Of a stretch of 35,104 bases of DNA, positions 1-10,700 are shown piece by piece (position 1 is the stretch's first letter; the number at the start of each line of letters is the position of its first letter). The translations under genes were made by a program, and so were the position numbers. The DNA is from Sphaeroforma arctica JP610 (Eukaryota), in contig NW_014040206.1 of assembly GCF_001186125.1 (NCBI RefSeq), forward strand, positions 41,524 to 76,627, read 5' to 3'. The notes under the pieces are model-generated. The model was given only the letters and a program-made list of their open reading frames with translations. It searched no databases and was not told where the DNA came from.

Positions 1-220
1 TTACATACATACATCTTACATACATACATACAAACATACATTATTTATATATACTTTCATACATATATACATACATTCATACATATGTACATACATATAT
101 ACGTGTATATATACATACATACATACATGCATGCATGCATACATGCATACATACTTACATACATATATACATACATACATTATGTTTCTTTATATTTATG
201 TATTTATGTATGTATGTTGC
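1..220. repeat. (TACA)n/(TA)n/(TATG)n degenerate microsatellite
   Basis: Visible tandem ACAT/ATAC units; explains the spurious YIHT-type ORF 85..300. Confidence 0.9.
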
Positions 221-427
221 TTTTTTGCAGGTCAAATATAATTTCTATAGTCGTATGTACGTACCATCATCTATCTTGTAATATTGAACACGTATGCTAA
301 CTTGAAAACAATGTTACGGCGGTAACACAAAGAACTGTTCAATGGACACAGTCCGTGCCATTGCATATATTAACCTTATATAAATCACACAATGTTGGAA
401 CTGTTTGAGTAGTGTATGACTTGCACA

Positions 428-2125
428 TTATCTAAGCCTATTGTAGCACGGAAACTTACTGATTGCAGTGGCTTCTGTGCCAACCATTTCATTCGTCCTT
501 CGATTCTTGGCGTCGTTGTTATTTAATCTCTTGACCAGGATCGATTTGATCATATGCTGATTGGATTGTGAACCCTCGATTGCTCGCGTATTTCGTTCGC
601 ATGTGAGTTTGACGTTTCTAATGACTTCCAAGATTTCAGTTTGCTGGTTTAGTACTTGCTGTGTGAGTAAATGAAGACTAATTGTTAGACATAGCATATC
701 TTAACTGGTATTGAATAAGAGCCCCAACCCTAGTGTAGCAGTAGCACTGTCACTTTACGCAAAAGGGAACACCAGACAATGAGATAGAAATCATAGCTTT
801 GAACCTGTGTATGACATTCACAATCATTACTAGCGCTGTTCGGTTAGCTACAAGTCTCATTTAGTATATACACCATATTTGATAACTTGGATTACCCATG
901 CGTATACCTGGAACTTTTCGTTCATTTTAGTGAAGCCTTTTGCGTTGAAGTTTGAGTCTGCTCCTATAGCGTCCCTGCTGCCTAAGCGAGTTATTTTCAT
1001 CGGTTCTTGTGAACCCTTACCGTAAACGTGAGGGCTCGCGTCTCTTGATGCTGGTAGTAAACTTGAGTTAGGCGATTGAAGATGCGAATGCAGGTATGTG
1101 GCAACGTCCTCGCTGTCTCTACCGGTTAAACTTGTTGGTCTGTACCGCATATTTGGCGTTGCGGCTCCTGAATTTGTAGTTGAATTCCTATGCACTCCCA
1201 TTCCTGTACCGTTGGCAATAGTCATATTGCTGCCGACGGCAACAGTCCCGCCTAAATTGACTTCGGGTAGGGAATCTGTGGAGTCTGAGAATACCGTAAA
1301 GCGTCCCTTCCGCATGCTAGCAGACCGATGACGCACTCCATTGGGTCGCACATTAACTGCCGATATGGAAGATGTAATCGCTCCCGAATTCGTGCTTATA
1401 TTGCTAGTGTTACTTTTTTGCGGCGTACAGGAAAGGATGTTCTCCTCTCTACCTGTAACGCTGATATCATCTGATAGAAAGTGAGACGCATCTACGCCTG
1501 CTTTCTCAAATAAATCAGTGCCGCAAAAAGCCATGTCCATACTGGCATTGTTTCTTGGAGTTGCAAGCCTTCCTCGCGTTACACCCGAAAGAATAGGTGA
1601 ATCTGTGACTCGACATTCCTCCAGGAAAGGCGCACTTAGTGTTGTGGACAGCGTAGAGTTCGACCTTTCATATTTCGGGAGCTTGTCTGTGGAAACTACG
1701 AATCGACCCGTGACACTCACTGACCGTGAAGTGCTACGATCTCTTCTAATATTAGAGGTGCCGCTGTTGCCGATAGGTTTTGATATAGCCCTCACTAATA
1801 CGGAGACGTCTTGTTTCTTATTTACGAGTGGGATGGGAGAATATGCATCCGACACCTTCTGACTGCTGCGAGTGTTCTCCATTCCCACGTGGGTGATATC
1901 AGTACTACTTAATGTTCTCCTAGTCTCTGCGAGTCGATGCCGTCCCACAACTTCTTGATATTCTGGAATGCGGGGGACCTGTTGCTGATTAAGAGTAGGG
2001 GGCGAATTTACCGTGGTACTTTCTGCTGCGCTCCTGCTTTCGCTGAAAAGCTTCCTCTTCTTTTCTAATAATGTTTGGTGTGATGGTGCAACCTGATGTG
2101 GCTGTTCGCCGATTATCATGACCAT
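428..2125 (-). CDS. Ser/Thr-rich, probably disordered protein with two RFxV motifs and a C-terminal coiled coil (multi-exon, ends uncertain)
   Basis: The 422-aa ORF ends at donor CAG|GTATAC (exon 2125..908). Acceptor CTAAC...TCACACAG|CAA at 658 continues in frame (NEKFQ|QVLNQQTEILEVIRNVKLTCERN). That exon either runs to the stop at 428 or splices at a strong A|GTAAGT donor at 460, in which case the gene continues leftwards. A possible upstream coding exon starts at ATG 2904 (donors at 2883 or 2857). Motifs GRFVV at 1694-1705 and GRFTV at 1292-1303. Confidence 0.75.
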
Positions 2126-3106
2126 TGCGCACTTGCTACTAAATACAATGTTTTTAAGAGCTATAAATGTGGTTTGTGCGTTCTAGGAAATGACCTTTAC
2201 TTCTTGAGTAGTCTATACTTCGATCTCAACCAATGTTTGTTTGGTCTTTTACGTCCCCTGTAGTCCATTAATATAACAAGTGCGCGTTAGATGATTTGAA
2301 AATATAGCAGATGGAGTATATATATATATATAAAATATCATATAAAATATGCAAGAGGCGACAATAATCGCAACAACGCGTAAGAATATGAGGTTCAAAT
2401 ATTTACATCGTTTGCATGTGGAGCAAAGGTTGAGGACTACAGAAGGCTCGTACAAACAATGGATGGAACAGGTGTATACTAGATTCGATACCACTATGTG
2501 GTTTGCGATTAGTGATTGTCTTTGCTACAAATAGCCACTTCGTACTCTGTACGTGTGTACACTGAACACCAGCCATAATAAATTAATAATAGATATATAT
2601 ATTTATGTAAATACCCCTAGTCTTTTACTAATAGTTGATGTCGATTCTGCCCAATCCGATGGCTCTGATATCATTACAACGAACTGATTGAACATTAGCG
2701 CGAAACCACCAATCATTTTTAAGTAACGTGGAATCAATTCGTTTGAATAGAGTCTATACATTCGTATTCAGTATTGTATAAATAATATTAATTTTTGATG
2801 AATGTTCGAAATGGAATGTAGCGTTGTAGAAGGCTAGCGTTGTAGACCATACTCACCGACCTAGAATAATGTCTACATTTACCTTGCAGATGCTTTTCAT
2901 ACATGGCTTGTCGAATAAATAGACAAACAAACGTGTTTTGAGTTTATTGCACACCGAATTTTTGCACTTGTATTCATCGAGTGTGGGATAGGCGGCTCCT
3001 TAAACACAGACCACAGGTCGTACCCAAACAGTTTGTACAGGTTGCAATTTTGAATTATCCTCTGATAGGCTTTGTAATCATATCTTGCCCTTAAACACAC
3101 ATCATC

Positions 3107-5555
3107 ATGGCATCAACACAATTCTCCAGTGATATGTTGACGCCAACGATTATAGGTGCGTTCATTTCGCTTTCTAAATTTTATACTTGGATGAACTGAC
3201 AGAATATCGCTAAAGCGGACATCTTGATATTCTTATTGTCTAGAACTGTTTACGTGAATACACTGTACTGATCCTAAGAGCAAAATCGAGAGTCGCTGCG
3301 GGGCGTTCTGCTTCGATCCTTATCGCATCTAATAATTTTGCAATTCATTGACATTTGGAACAAATAGCTGTCACCTCCAAAGAAAAGGTCTGAAGTGTGG
3401 TCCGTATCTTAGACAGCGATATAGCCGGTATAAGTAGGTGATTACTACGCTCGAAGAAAATACGTACATTCAATACATTTCACACAAAATGGCACATTCA
3501 TAGTATACCTGCTCAAAGCAATATCGGATGCGAGCTTCAAATAAGTTAATTTTCAACGAATCAATCATTCTGTATCTTTTGATCCTAGCCAACTCTGCCG
3601 GATGGATGATGGGGGGCCTCACGTTTCCGACGATACTAAGAATATCTCAGAGCTACGTATTTTATCCTTTGGGGTTCGATACATCGACTCGCTTCAAGGC
3701 CTCTTCGTGTGGTTTCTTGGCGGTTTTGATAGGTAGGAAGAGTATCAAATATCAGCATCGGTTTGTTGCTAGCATGGTTTGAATCATGATACTCTGTCGA
3801 CTGCGCGATGCTCAAATCAGTTCTTTATTTTCCTATTTTCAGGAGGCTCAGTTTCGTCATTGCTTGCTATTGAGCTCAGAAATAGAGTGATACTCGAATT
3901 GGATAGCGACACATCGGTGCTTCCGTCGTATAGTTTCAAGAACAGGAAGTCAACTGACAAATGTATGCAAGCATGTAGGTAGCTAGGAACATATGAGAGA
4001 AGTATGTATGTATATTACTGTAGGCACATGACCGCCATTGCATGTTTATATCGTACACAGACTAGCCAGCAGTGGTTGGTTATTGATGTAAGCTACATAT
4101 TCCAGACTCCCAATCTAACTGGGCAAGCCATTTAAAATGACAATGGAATGGAAACTGACATCATGTGTCTGCGAAATCAAAATCCATAAACTAGCTCTGA
4201 ATGTTTTGTGGAACATTTCTTCATGCTGTATGAATACGCACCAGACCTACTTGGCGTATACAATTCTACTACGCAATAGCCTTCGTGTCCACCTGGTTAA
4301 AAACTGACCTGGCAACCATGTAACATATGGGATAGATAATTGGGTTCGAAATTCACAATTCTAATGATTGCATAAAAAAACATTTCTCAAGTAGCCCGAA
4401 TGCTCACTATTCCACTTTCACCCGTTCCCTTCAACTCAGTACAGTGCTCCTGTGTGGTATGCTGTCCACAGTGATGTTCCGACTATTTGGTGGACGATTT
4501 ATTAACATAATACCAAGTAACGTCGCGACCAGGGGAGCATATGCGAATATCATGCAGTCACTACCCGCGTCATCATCAAAATATGCCACTGGTATGTACA
4601 GATTTTTGAAGCGAAAGATGCTCCTTGAATCTGCATTGCGCTTATTATGTCTATGTCTGCTTTCGATTAATTATTTGAATCTTCTTTTCCACTTCTGAAA
4701 TTACCACAGCAAACGAGCGCAAGTTAATCACTAAATTAGGGCAAGCCTACGGTTGTCATACATGTGGGGCGAAAAGTGGGAGCACCATTTTCCATGCCGA
4801 CCACCAGCCACCCAATGCCCATAAGTGGTTCTGGCAAACGCAAAGATTCTATGCCCAGGTACATATACGGTGGTGCATTTGCGTTCAAACATTCACAAAT
4901 AATCTCATATCACGTCATTGTCATACGCTACAGTTTCGTGACAGTATTCCTCCCTATTGATGCACTTAAAAATGTGCTGGGTTACGCAAATTTATAGTAG
5001 GGATGTTTGGTAGCAAGTTCCTCTAAATTATTGTCGGCAATGGGGGAGAAAATGCACAGCTTATTGAGATCGTGTGCAGACTGCATACTGACTATCGTAA
5101 TCGAATACGGCTCTCGGATAGATTTAAGATGAGAGTGAAGTAGAAAATTGCCATTCATGTATCCGCTAAAGATTGTCTATCCTGGTTATCAACACATCCA
5201 ACGTACGGACAATGATCTCCAGTGTCAGAACTGCTCTGGAAAACAAGGTATGATGAGAAGTATGGGATGAGTGCAACTATTGACATGGAGATTCTATCCC
5301 GGTTTATAAATATGAAGCCATATGAAGCATATTGACTAGGCAACTACTCGACTATCTATCCGAAGCATATTGACTAGACAATTACTCAACTATCTATCCG
5401 ATTCATCATGGCTGTATCCTACTACCTACTACATGGCAGGTGCGAGTATTGGAAGTAAGACGGTCAGGAGTATAACTCACTTCAATTTCCGAATGTACTT
5501 AGTGTGGATGCCAATCCCTTTATTCCTAGAAGCCGCTAGCGAATATGACGCTTGA
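3107..5555 (+). CDS. Membrane-associated protein with a C-terminal Zn-binding HNH/His-Me-finger-like domain (249 aa, 7 exons)
   Basis: Exons 3107-3155, 3589-3732, 3843-3962, 4445-4591, 4710-4858, 5223-5247, 5440-5555. All introns are GT-AG and phase-compatible, giving 750 nt. Protein: MASTQFSSDMLTPTIIANSAGWMMGGLTFPTILRISQSYVFYPLGFDTSTRFKASSCGFLAVLIGGSVSSLLAIELRNRVILELDSDTSVLPSYSFKNRKSTDKLLLCGMLSTVMFRLFGGRFINIIPSNVATRGAYANIMQSLPASSSKYATANERKLITKLGQAYGCHTCGAKSGSTIFHADHQPPNAHKWFWQTQRFYAQCQNCSGKQGASIGSKTVRSITHFNFRMYLVWMPIPLFLEAASEYDA*. Exon 1 is the least certain. Confidence 0.82.
5326..5401. repeat. 38-bp tandem duplication in intron 6 of the HNH-like gene
   Basis: AGCATATTGACTAG(G/A)CAA(C/T)TACTC(G/A)ACTATCTATCCGA occurs twice in tandem. 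Confidence 0.8.
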
Positions 5556-5796
5556 TTTCTATTTAAGCGCCTTGATACTAGGACATGTACTTATGGTGGG
5601 CTATAATATGAATCCTTATGTCAATGTTGGCGGTTGGCGAGTTCGCCGATCTGACTGAACTGTATCAGTCAGCAAATGAGCACACAACCATGTGCGTGCA
5701 AGGATCACGTGTCTAGTTGTTGCATGATATCAATTCCTTGGCCATCAATAAAGATATATCTATGTATTAGCAAGAGTAGTAGACATGCTAGACAAG

Positions 5797-5855
5797 ACTG
5801 TAGAGTGTCGAGTTGTAAACTGTAGAGTGTAGAGTTGTAAACTGTAGAGTGTAGA
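5797..5855. repeat. 22-bp tandem repeat (~2.7 copies) built from 7-bp TGTAGAG/TGTAAAC subunits
   Basis: ACTGTAGAGTGTCGAGTTGTAA ACTGTAGAGTGTAGAGTTGTAA ACTGTAGAGTGTAGA. Confidence 0.8.
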
Positions 5856-7079
5856 CTGAGAAGTGAGTCTCTACTCTAGAGAGCAGTGTGTGTGGCAGTG
5901 TCAACTGTCAAGTATGCAGTGTGTACTGTGCACTGTATAATACACTGTAGTGCACAGCCAGCACTGTCAGGTGTCAACGAATAAAATCGTTGTCATCACC
6001 CGCTCCAATAGCCATGATGTAAATATTAAATATCGTCCGGTAATTATTTTTTTCTCAAAATAGTCCGCCCTGACTCCTAGCCTCGAACCGTTTCCCGTTA
6101 AAACTTTTATATATCGAATAAATATACGTTTATGTTCAACTTTTATTCCAAATACAGTCCTCTCTTTGTTACTAGGTGCCGTTTTCGGGTCTAAAATTGA
6201 AATATGTACTGTTTTCAATATACGAACCAGTTCTATAGTAACAACTTAGGTGGGTCTTTCTAGTCACATTGTAACTGTTATAACGTTTAAAATGAATAAA
6301 TATGCATTTACGTTCAACTCAAATCCCGTACATACCCCCATAACGTAATGAGCATAGCCAGACTCTCTCTCTATGTAGTAAATACTATGTATTTATTTAA
6401 AATACATAGGAGAGAGGGTCATGAAATATCTAATAATATATATCCATTTCTTTTTAAAATATATGTATATACATATATATATAATTGAACAAAAGAGGAC
6501 AAAAATCAAGCAATTTCGAAAAACTTTTTGAAAGCATTCTCCCCAGTTTCCACATGAGGTTCAAAATAGACTTCATCACAATATTTACCTTGAAACGTTT
6601 TTACGGGGTTCAAAAGGCTGAATGCCTGAAACAAAAGTCGACCCAACGTCCAAATTTAACGGATATCCTCTACCCAAAAATAATAAACACTTCGAGCCTG
6701 AGAGCTCGCGACAACTATAGGGCCATCACTTTTTAAACTCTTGTACGTATATAAAGGGGTATGTATATTGTAGAATTTGAAGCCTAAACGTCTAAACGGA
6801 ATATTGAGAACAAATCACAACTCTCACAAGTCCGAACTCTGCAGACTGAAGTCTTAATTCTGAAGTCGCAGACCCGCAGTCACAGCCAACAACCGCAGAC
6901 TCCAAGAGTGATTCTAATATAATAATAAAATCAGGGGTCCGGGTCTCCGGGAATCTGGAATAATTAAATAATATATCCACCCATGCGTGAGCGACTTTCA
7001 GCGTCACTGCCGATACATTTCATTGACTTCTGCACGCTGTATTAGCAAGAACATACACGAGGCAATAGTGAACAGCGCC

Positions 7080-7493
7080 ATGTCACATACGGGATCCCTT
7101 TTATTTGACGACCCTTTTTACCCTTACCTGGAGAGATTAGCATATCCTCGCAATGCTTTTTTTGGTCCGTTAGCTGAGGCCACTGGTCTTGAGATTAATG
7201 CTCTGTCTTTAGTCTTCAGTCTGGTCACCGCTCTCCCTGCTGGTGCGCTGTAAGTGATAGCACCTCAACCACAATTACGATTAGTCTGCGATATCCGTGC
7301 GCCATCGAGTATAGTTTTGGATATCCAGCTTTTCTCTTTCACTCTTATAGTAGTTGTGTGTACAATAGCACACATCATTGTAGCTTGAACAAACATTTGC
7401 AATGACAATGTGTGCACGATTACTTTTCCCTAACTATACAATAGAAACACCTATCAACAATTGAGTGTGGCTGAACTACATGATATATATATA

Positions 7494-7527
<34 letters not shown>

Positions 7528-7668
7528 CTACTATATTTAGTCTTACTACTCCGCCACCGTACCTACTACCCTAACAACATACNNNNNNNNNNNNNNNNNN
7601 NNTACTAACTAGAAACGAACTAACTCTAACAATTAGTAGTGTAGGTGTCGAACTACTATATATATATA

Positions 7669-7702
<34 letters not shown>

Positions 7703-10700
7703 CACTATATTTGCTTACATCCGCACGTCCATCCCTAAACACATACATCTTATATATATATATATATATATGCATGTATGTATGTATATATTTTAAGTAC
7801 CATATATATATATATATATTTATAAATTTTGTGTGTGTTTGTGATATGTGTATGTATGTATGTATATATGTATGAATGCTTGCACGCACATATATTTATG
7901 TATGTATGAATGCACGTACGCATGTATGCATATTCTTACATATATATATATATATATATATATATAAGTATATGCATATATGTGTACGTGCATTTGTGAA
8001 TATATTCATACAGACATATATATCCATACATACATATATATGTGTGGTGTGTATATATATGAGTATGTATGCGTGCATATATACATATATTTATGGACAG
8101 AGAATCATTATATTGTGATAAATATTTGTAAATAGTTGCATTTTTATTTGAAATTAAATAGACTACTTGTTTTATATATATATATATATAGTTGCTATTT
8201 CTAATTTAAATTTGTATGTATTATTTTTATGATATATATATAATATAAAATTTAATATATATATATATAATATAAAATTTGATATATGTATGTATACATG
8301 CATGTATGCAGTTATTTATTTTTGTTCTGTTGTGTGTACTAACGCATTATTATTTTGTTTTCTTGTACATTAGTTTTATATTTCTGTATATATATATATA
8401 TATTTAATGGGAGTGTAGTTGATATTGTTGGCGTCTATGTGGCGATTTTTATATTTAAGAACGATAATGCAAATTAACGTAATTTATAGAAGTGTACTTT
8501 GAAGTCTTACCCTATGTTGATAGCATGCAGGAAAATATATCGTAAAGTTGTATTTTGAAGTCCGATTGGGTGAAACTGTGTGTAGTATGTTTATAGCGAA
8601 TAAAGATTTTTAATATATAACGTATGTATATGTGTGCCATATTGCGTGATGCAACGTTGAGTGAAGTAATCTGCATGTGAACAGTCTTACACATAAATTG
8701 ATAATTTTACAAGACACCAGCGGCAAAACAATGATCTGCTACATCTTATATTTATATGTATATATATATATATATTGAGATATTGAGATATGCAAAATTT
8801 GAGTCTGTACACTATGTATGTATATAAATGAATAAATATGACAAATGGTTGAAAGAAATTTGACGAATGTTCACGCCTTGCTAACGACATGCACACACTA
8901 TGAAATCGATGTCCTGTATGTTTTATGAGCATATATGTATGCTTTCTATGTATAGATGGATACAGTGCCTAAATGGAACATATGCATATGTGCTACAATC
9001 GCAGTTAATTTTTATGAATATATTGTACATGATTTTACTATATATACCTTTATTGGGTGTCGCATGCATTGGTGTAAGCCTCTCTTCCAGTCTATTAGTG
9101 ATATAAATACATTATAGGCGCCATATACGACAGTGCATTTGCATTTGCAAGCTATTGATAACGATTGAACGACATATAAAAATAATGGAAGGTCAAACGG
9201 ATAAGTTCACAACAACTACTAGACATATTTCTCATCTACTCGTGTATACCAATCAGCATGTCTATTCGCTACTCCTGAAATCATCCAGATGTAATGACAT
9301 GTGGACGCCTGTGAATTCGTTGCTAGTTCATTGTATATTGTCCTTACTGCTGCGTGTACTATGCCAATACGTGTGCGCTTCGTCAGTTGAATACTTTTTT
9401 GACTGGCTGACTTATGTAGTACTATTCATTTCTCGATTTTGTAGATACATCTGGCTATTCTCGAAAAGCACGAACCGATTCAACAAAGTAGCCTTCCTAA
9501 GTGCTGTCGGGCACCTTCATCTATACATGAACTATCCCCTGGTAAGTGCTGTACATTTGTGCCTCTGCCTATAGCTATATAGCGCTATGTGTCTTGCTCT
9601 TGACAACTATATCCGAAAGTGTGCTGTGCCACCAGTCCAATGGCGCCTGCATTATCAAGAAGAACATCTGCATGTCTACACAAGAGCCCCTCCGCAAGCA
9701 ATTTACGAGAGTAATATATATAGAGTTATACTTGCTAACGTATATGCAATGGCACGATATCTGCATTGAGAATTGTTGGCTGTCCTTTTCTTCAGCTTGC
9801 GAGGCGTATTCTCACGGGCTCAGCAATCACCGTCTTACTCGCAGCATTGTACGAATTGAGCATCGCTACTTCCGGCGCACGTGTAGAGCTCAATTTACTT
9901 GTTAATGTCGAGTTCGTGGGCAGACTGTTTGTTAACACTCCACTGACTTATCGTTCCCCTTGTTTTCCCGCCACACGGTTACGTTTCGCGCGTGTAGGAG
10001 TTCCACTACATAACCTTCAGCATCACCGTGACATGGCTGTGTCTCAAGTTGCTAGGCCCCAATGTGGCAATGTGCACGGTCAACTCAGTGTTCAACATGG
10101 GTTTTCTGCTGTACGCCTACAGGTACGTCAACAATATCTGCTGTATCTATCTACACGCTTACGCAAAATACAAGTGTGCGATTCGCACATGAATCCGTAA
10201 ACTTGCAATATCGCCCGGGAATGCAAGTCTGTGCATACACACGCATGTGTACACCCGAAGGTACCCATGCAGAAGCACTGTGGGAGCACGGGTGTCGATT
10301 CAGCTATGTGTTGTTATTACTCGCTTTACTTTGCAGCTTCGTATGCTAGCGCATATAATAACGCAGCCACGTGTACGAACTCACAGATGTGTACGGTATA
10401 CTTCTGTCAGCTAATACATCTCGTCCGCACAGAATCACATGCCACGGTTGAAGATTTTGCATATTCGTGAGTCACGTGTGCTATTGCTGGCAATCGCACC
10501 TACACACACATCTACCATTGGCAGTATTTGTGCGTGCGCAACAATGTATACGTCTGTTGACATGTTTACCTACCTGTCCATATATGTTGACATGTGGCAA
10601 TGCGCAGCCTCTGCTTCGGGCCAGAACGTGTTGTTATGCCAGCACCAGTTTACAGACTACTCGGTTGCACAGCTCGCGTCATCTGGGGTTTGTTCTGCGC

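Noticed and set aside
2897..3960. Minus-strand frames with several in-frame TGA codons (e.g. ELC*CHDD), suggesting selenocysteine, TGA=Trp or a pseudogene
   Set aside because: They are largely antisense to exons 1-3 of the plus-strand HNH-like gene. TAA/TAG stops also occur, and other genes in the window use TGA as a normal stop.
4330..4360. GGTTCGAA B-box-like word (possible tRNA or SINE)
   Set aside because: No cloverleaf, acceptor stem or convincing A-box; the site is intronic.
4440..4470. YSAPVW peptide resembling the post-RT motif of LINE retrotransposons
   Set aside because: It is an alternative frame of exon 4 of the HNH-like gene; no RT motifs lie nearby.
7645..8118. YI/IY-rich ORFs (also 85..300 and 27541..28096)
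   Set aside because: Translations of (TA)n/(TACA)n microsatellites.
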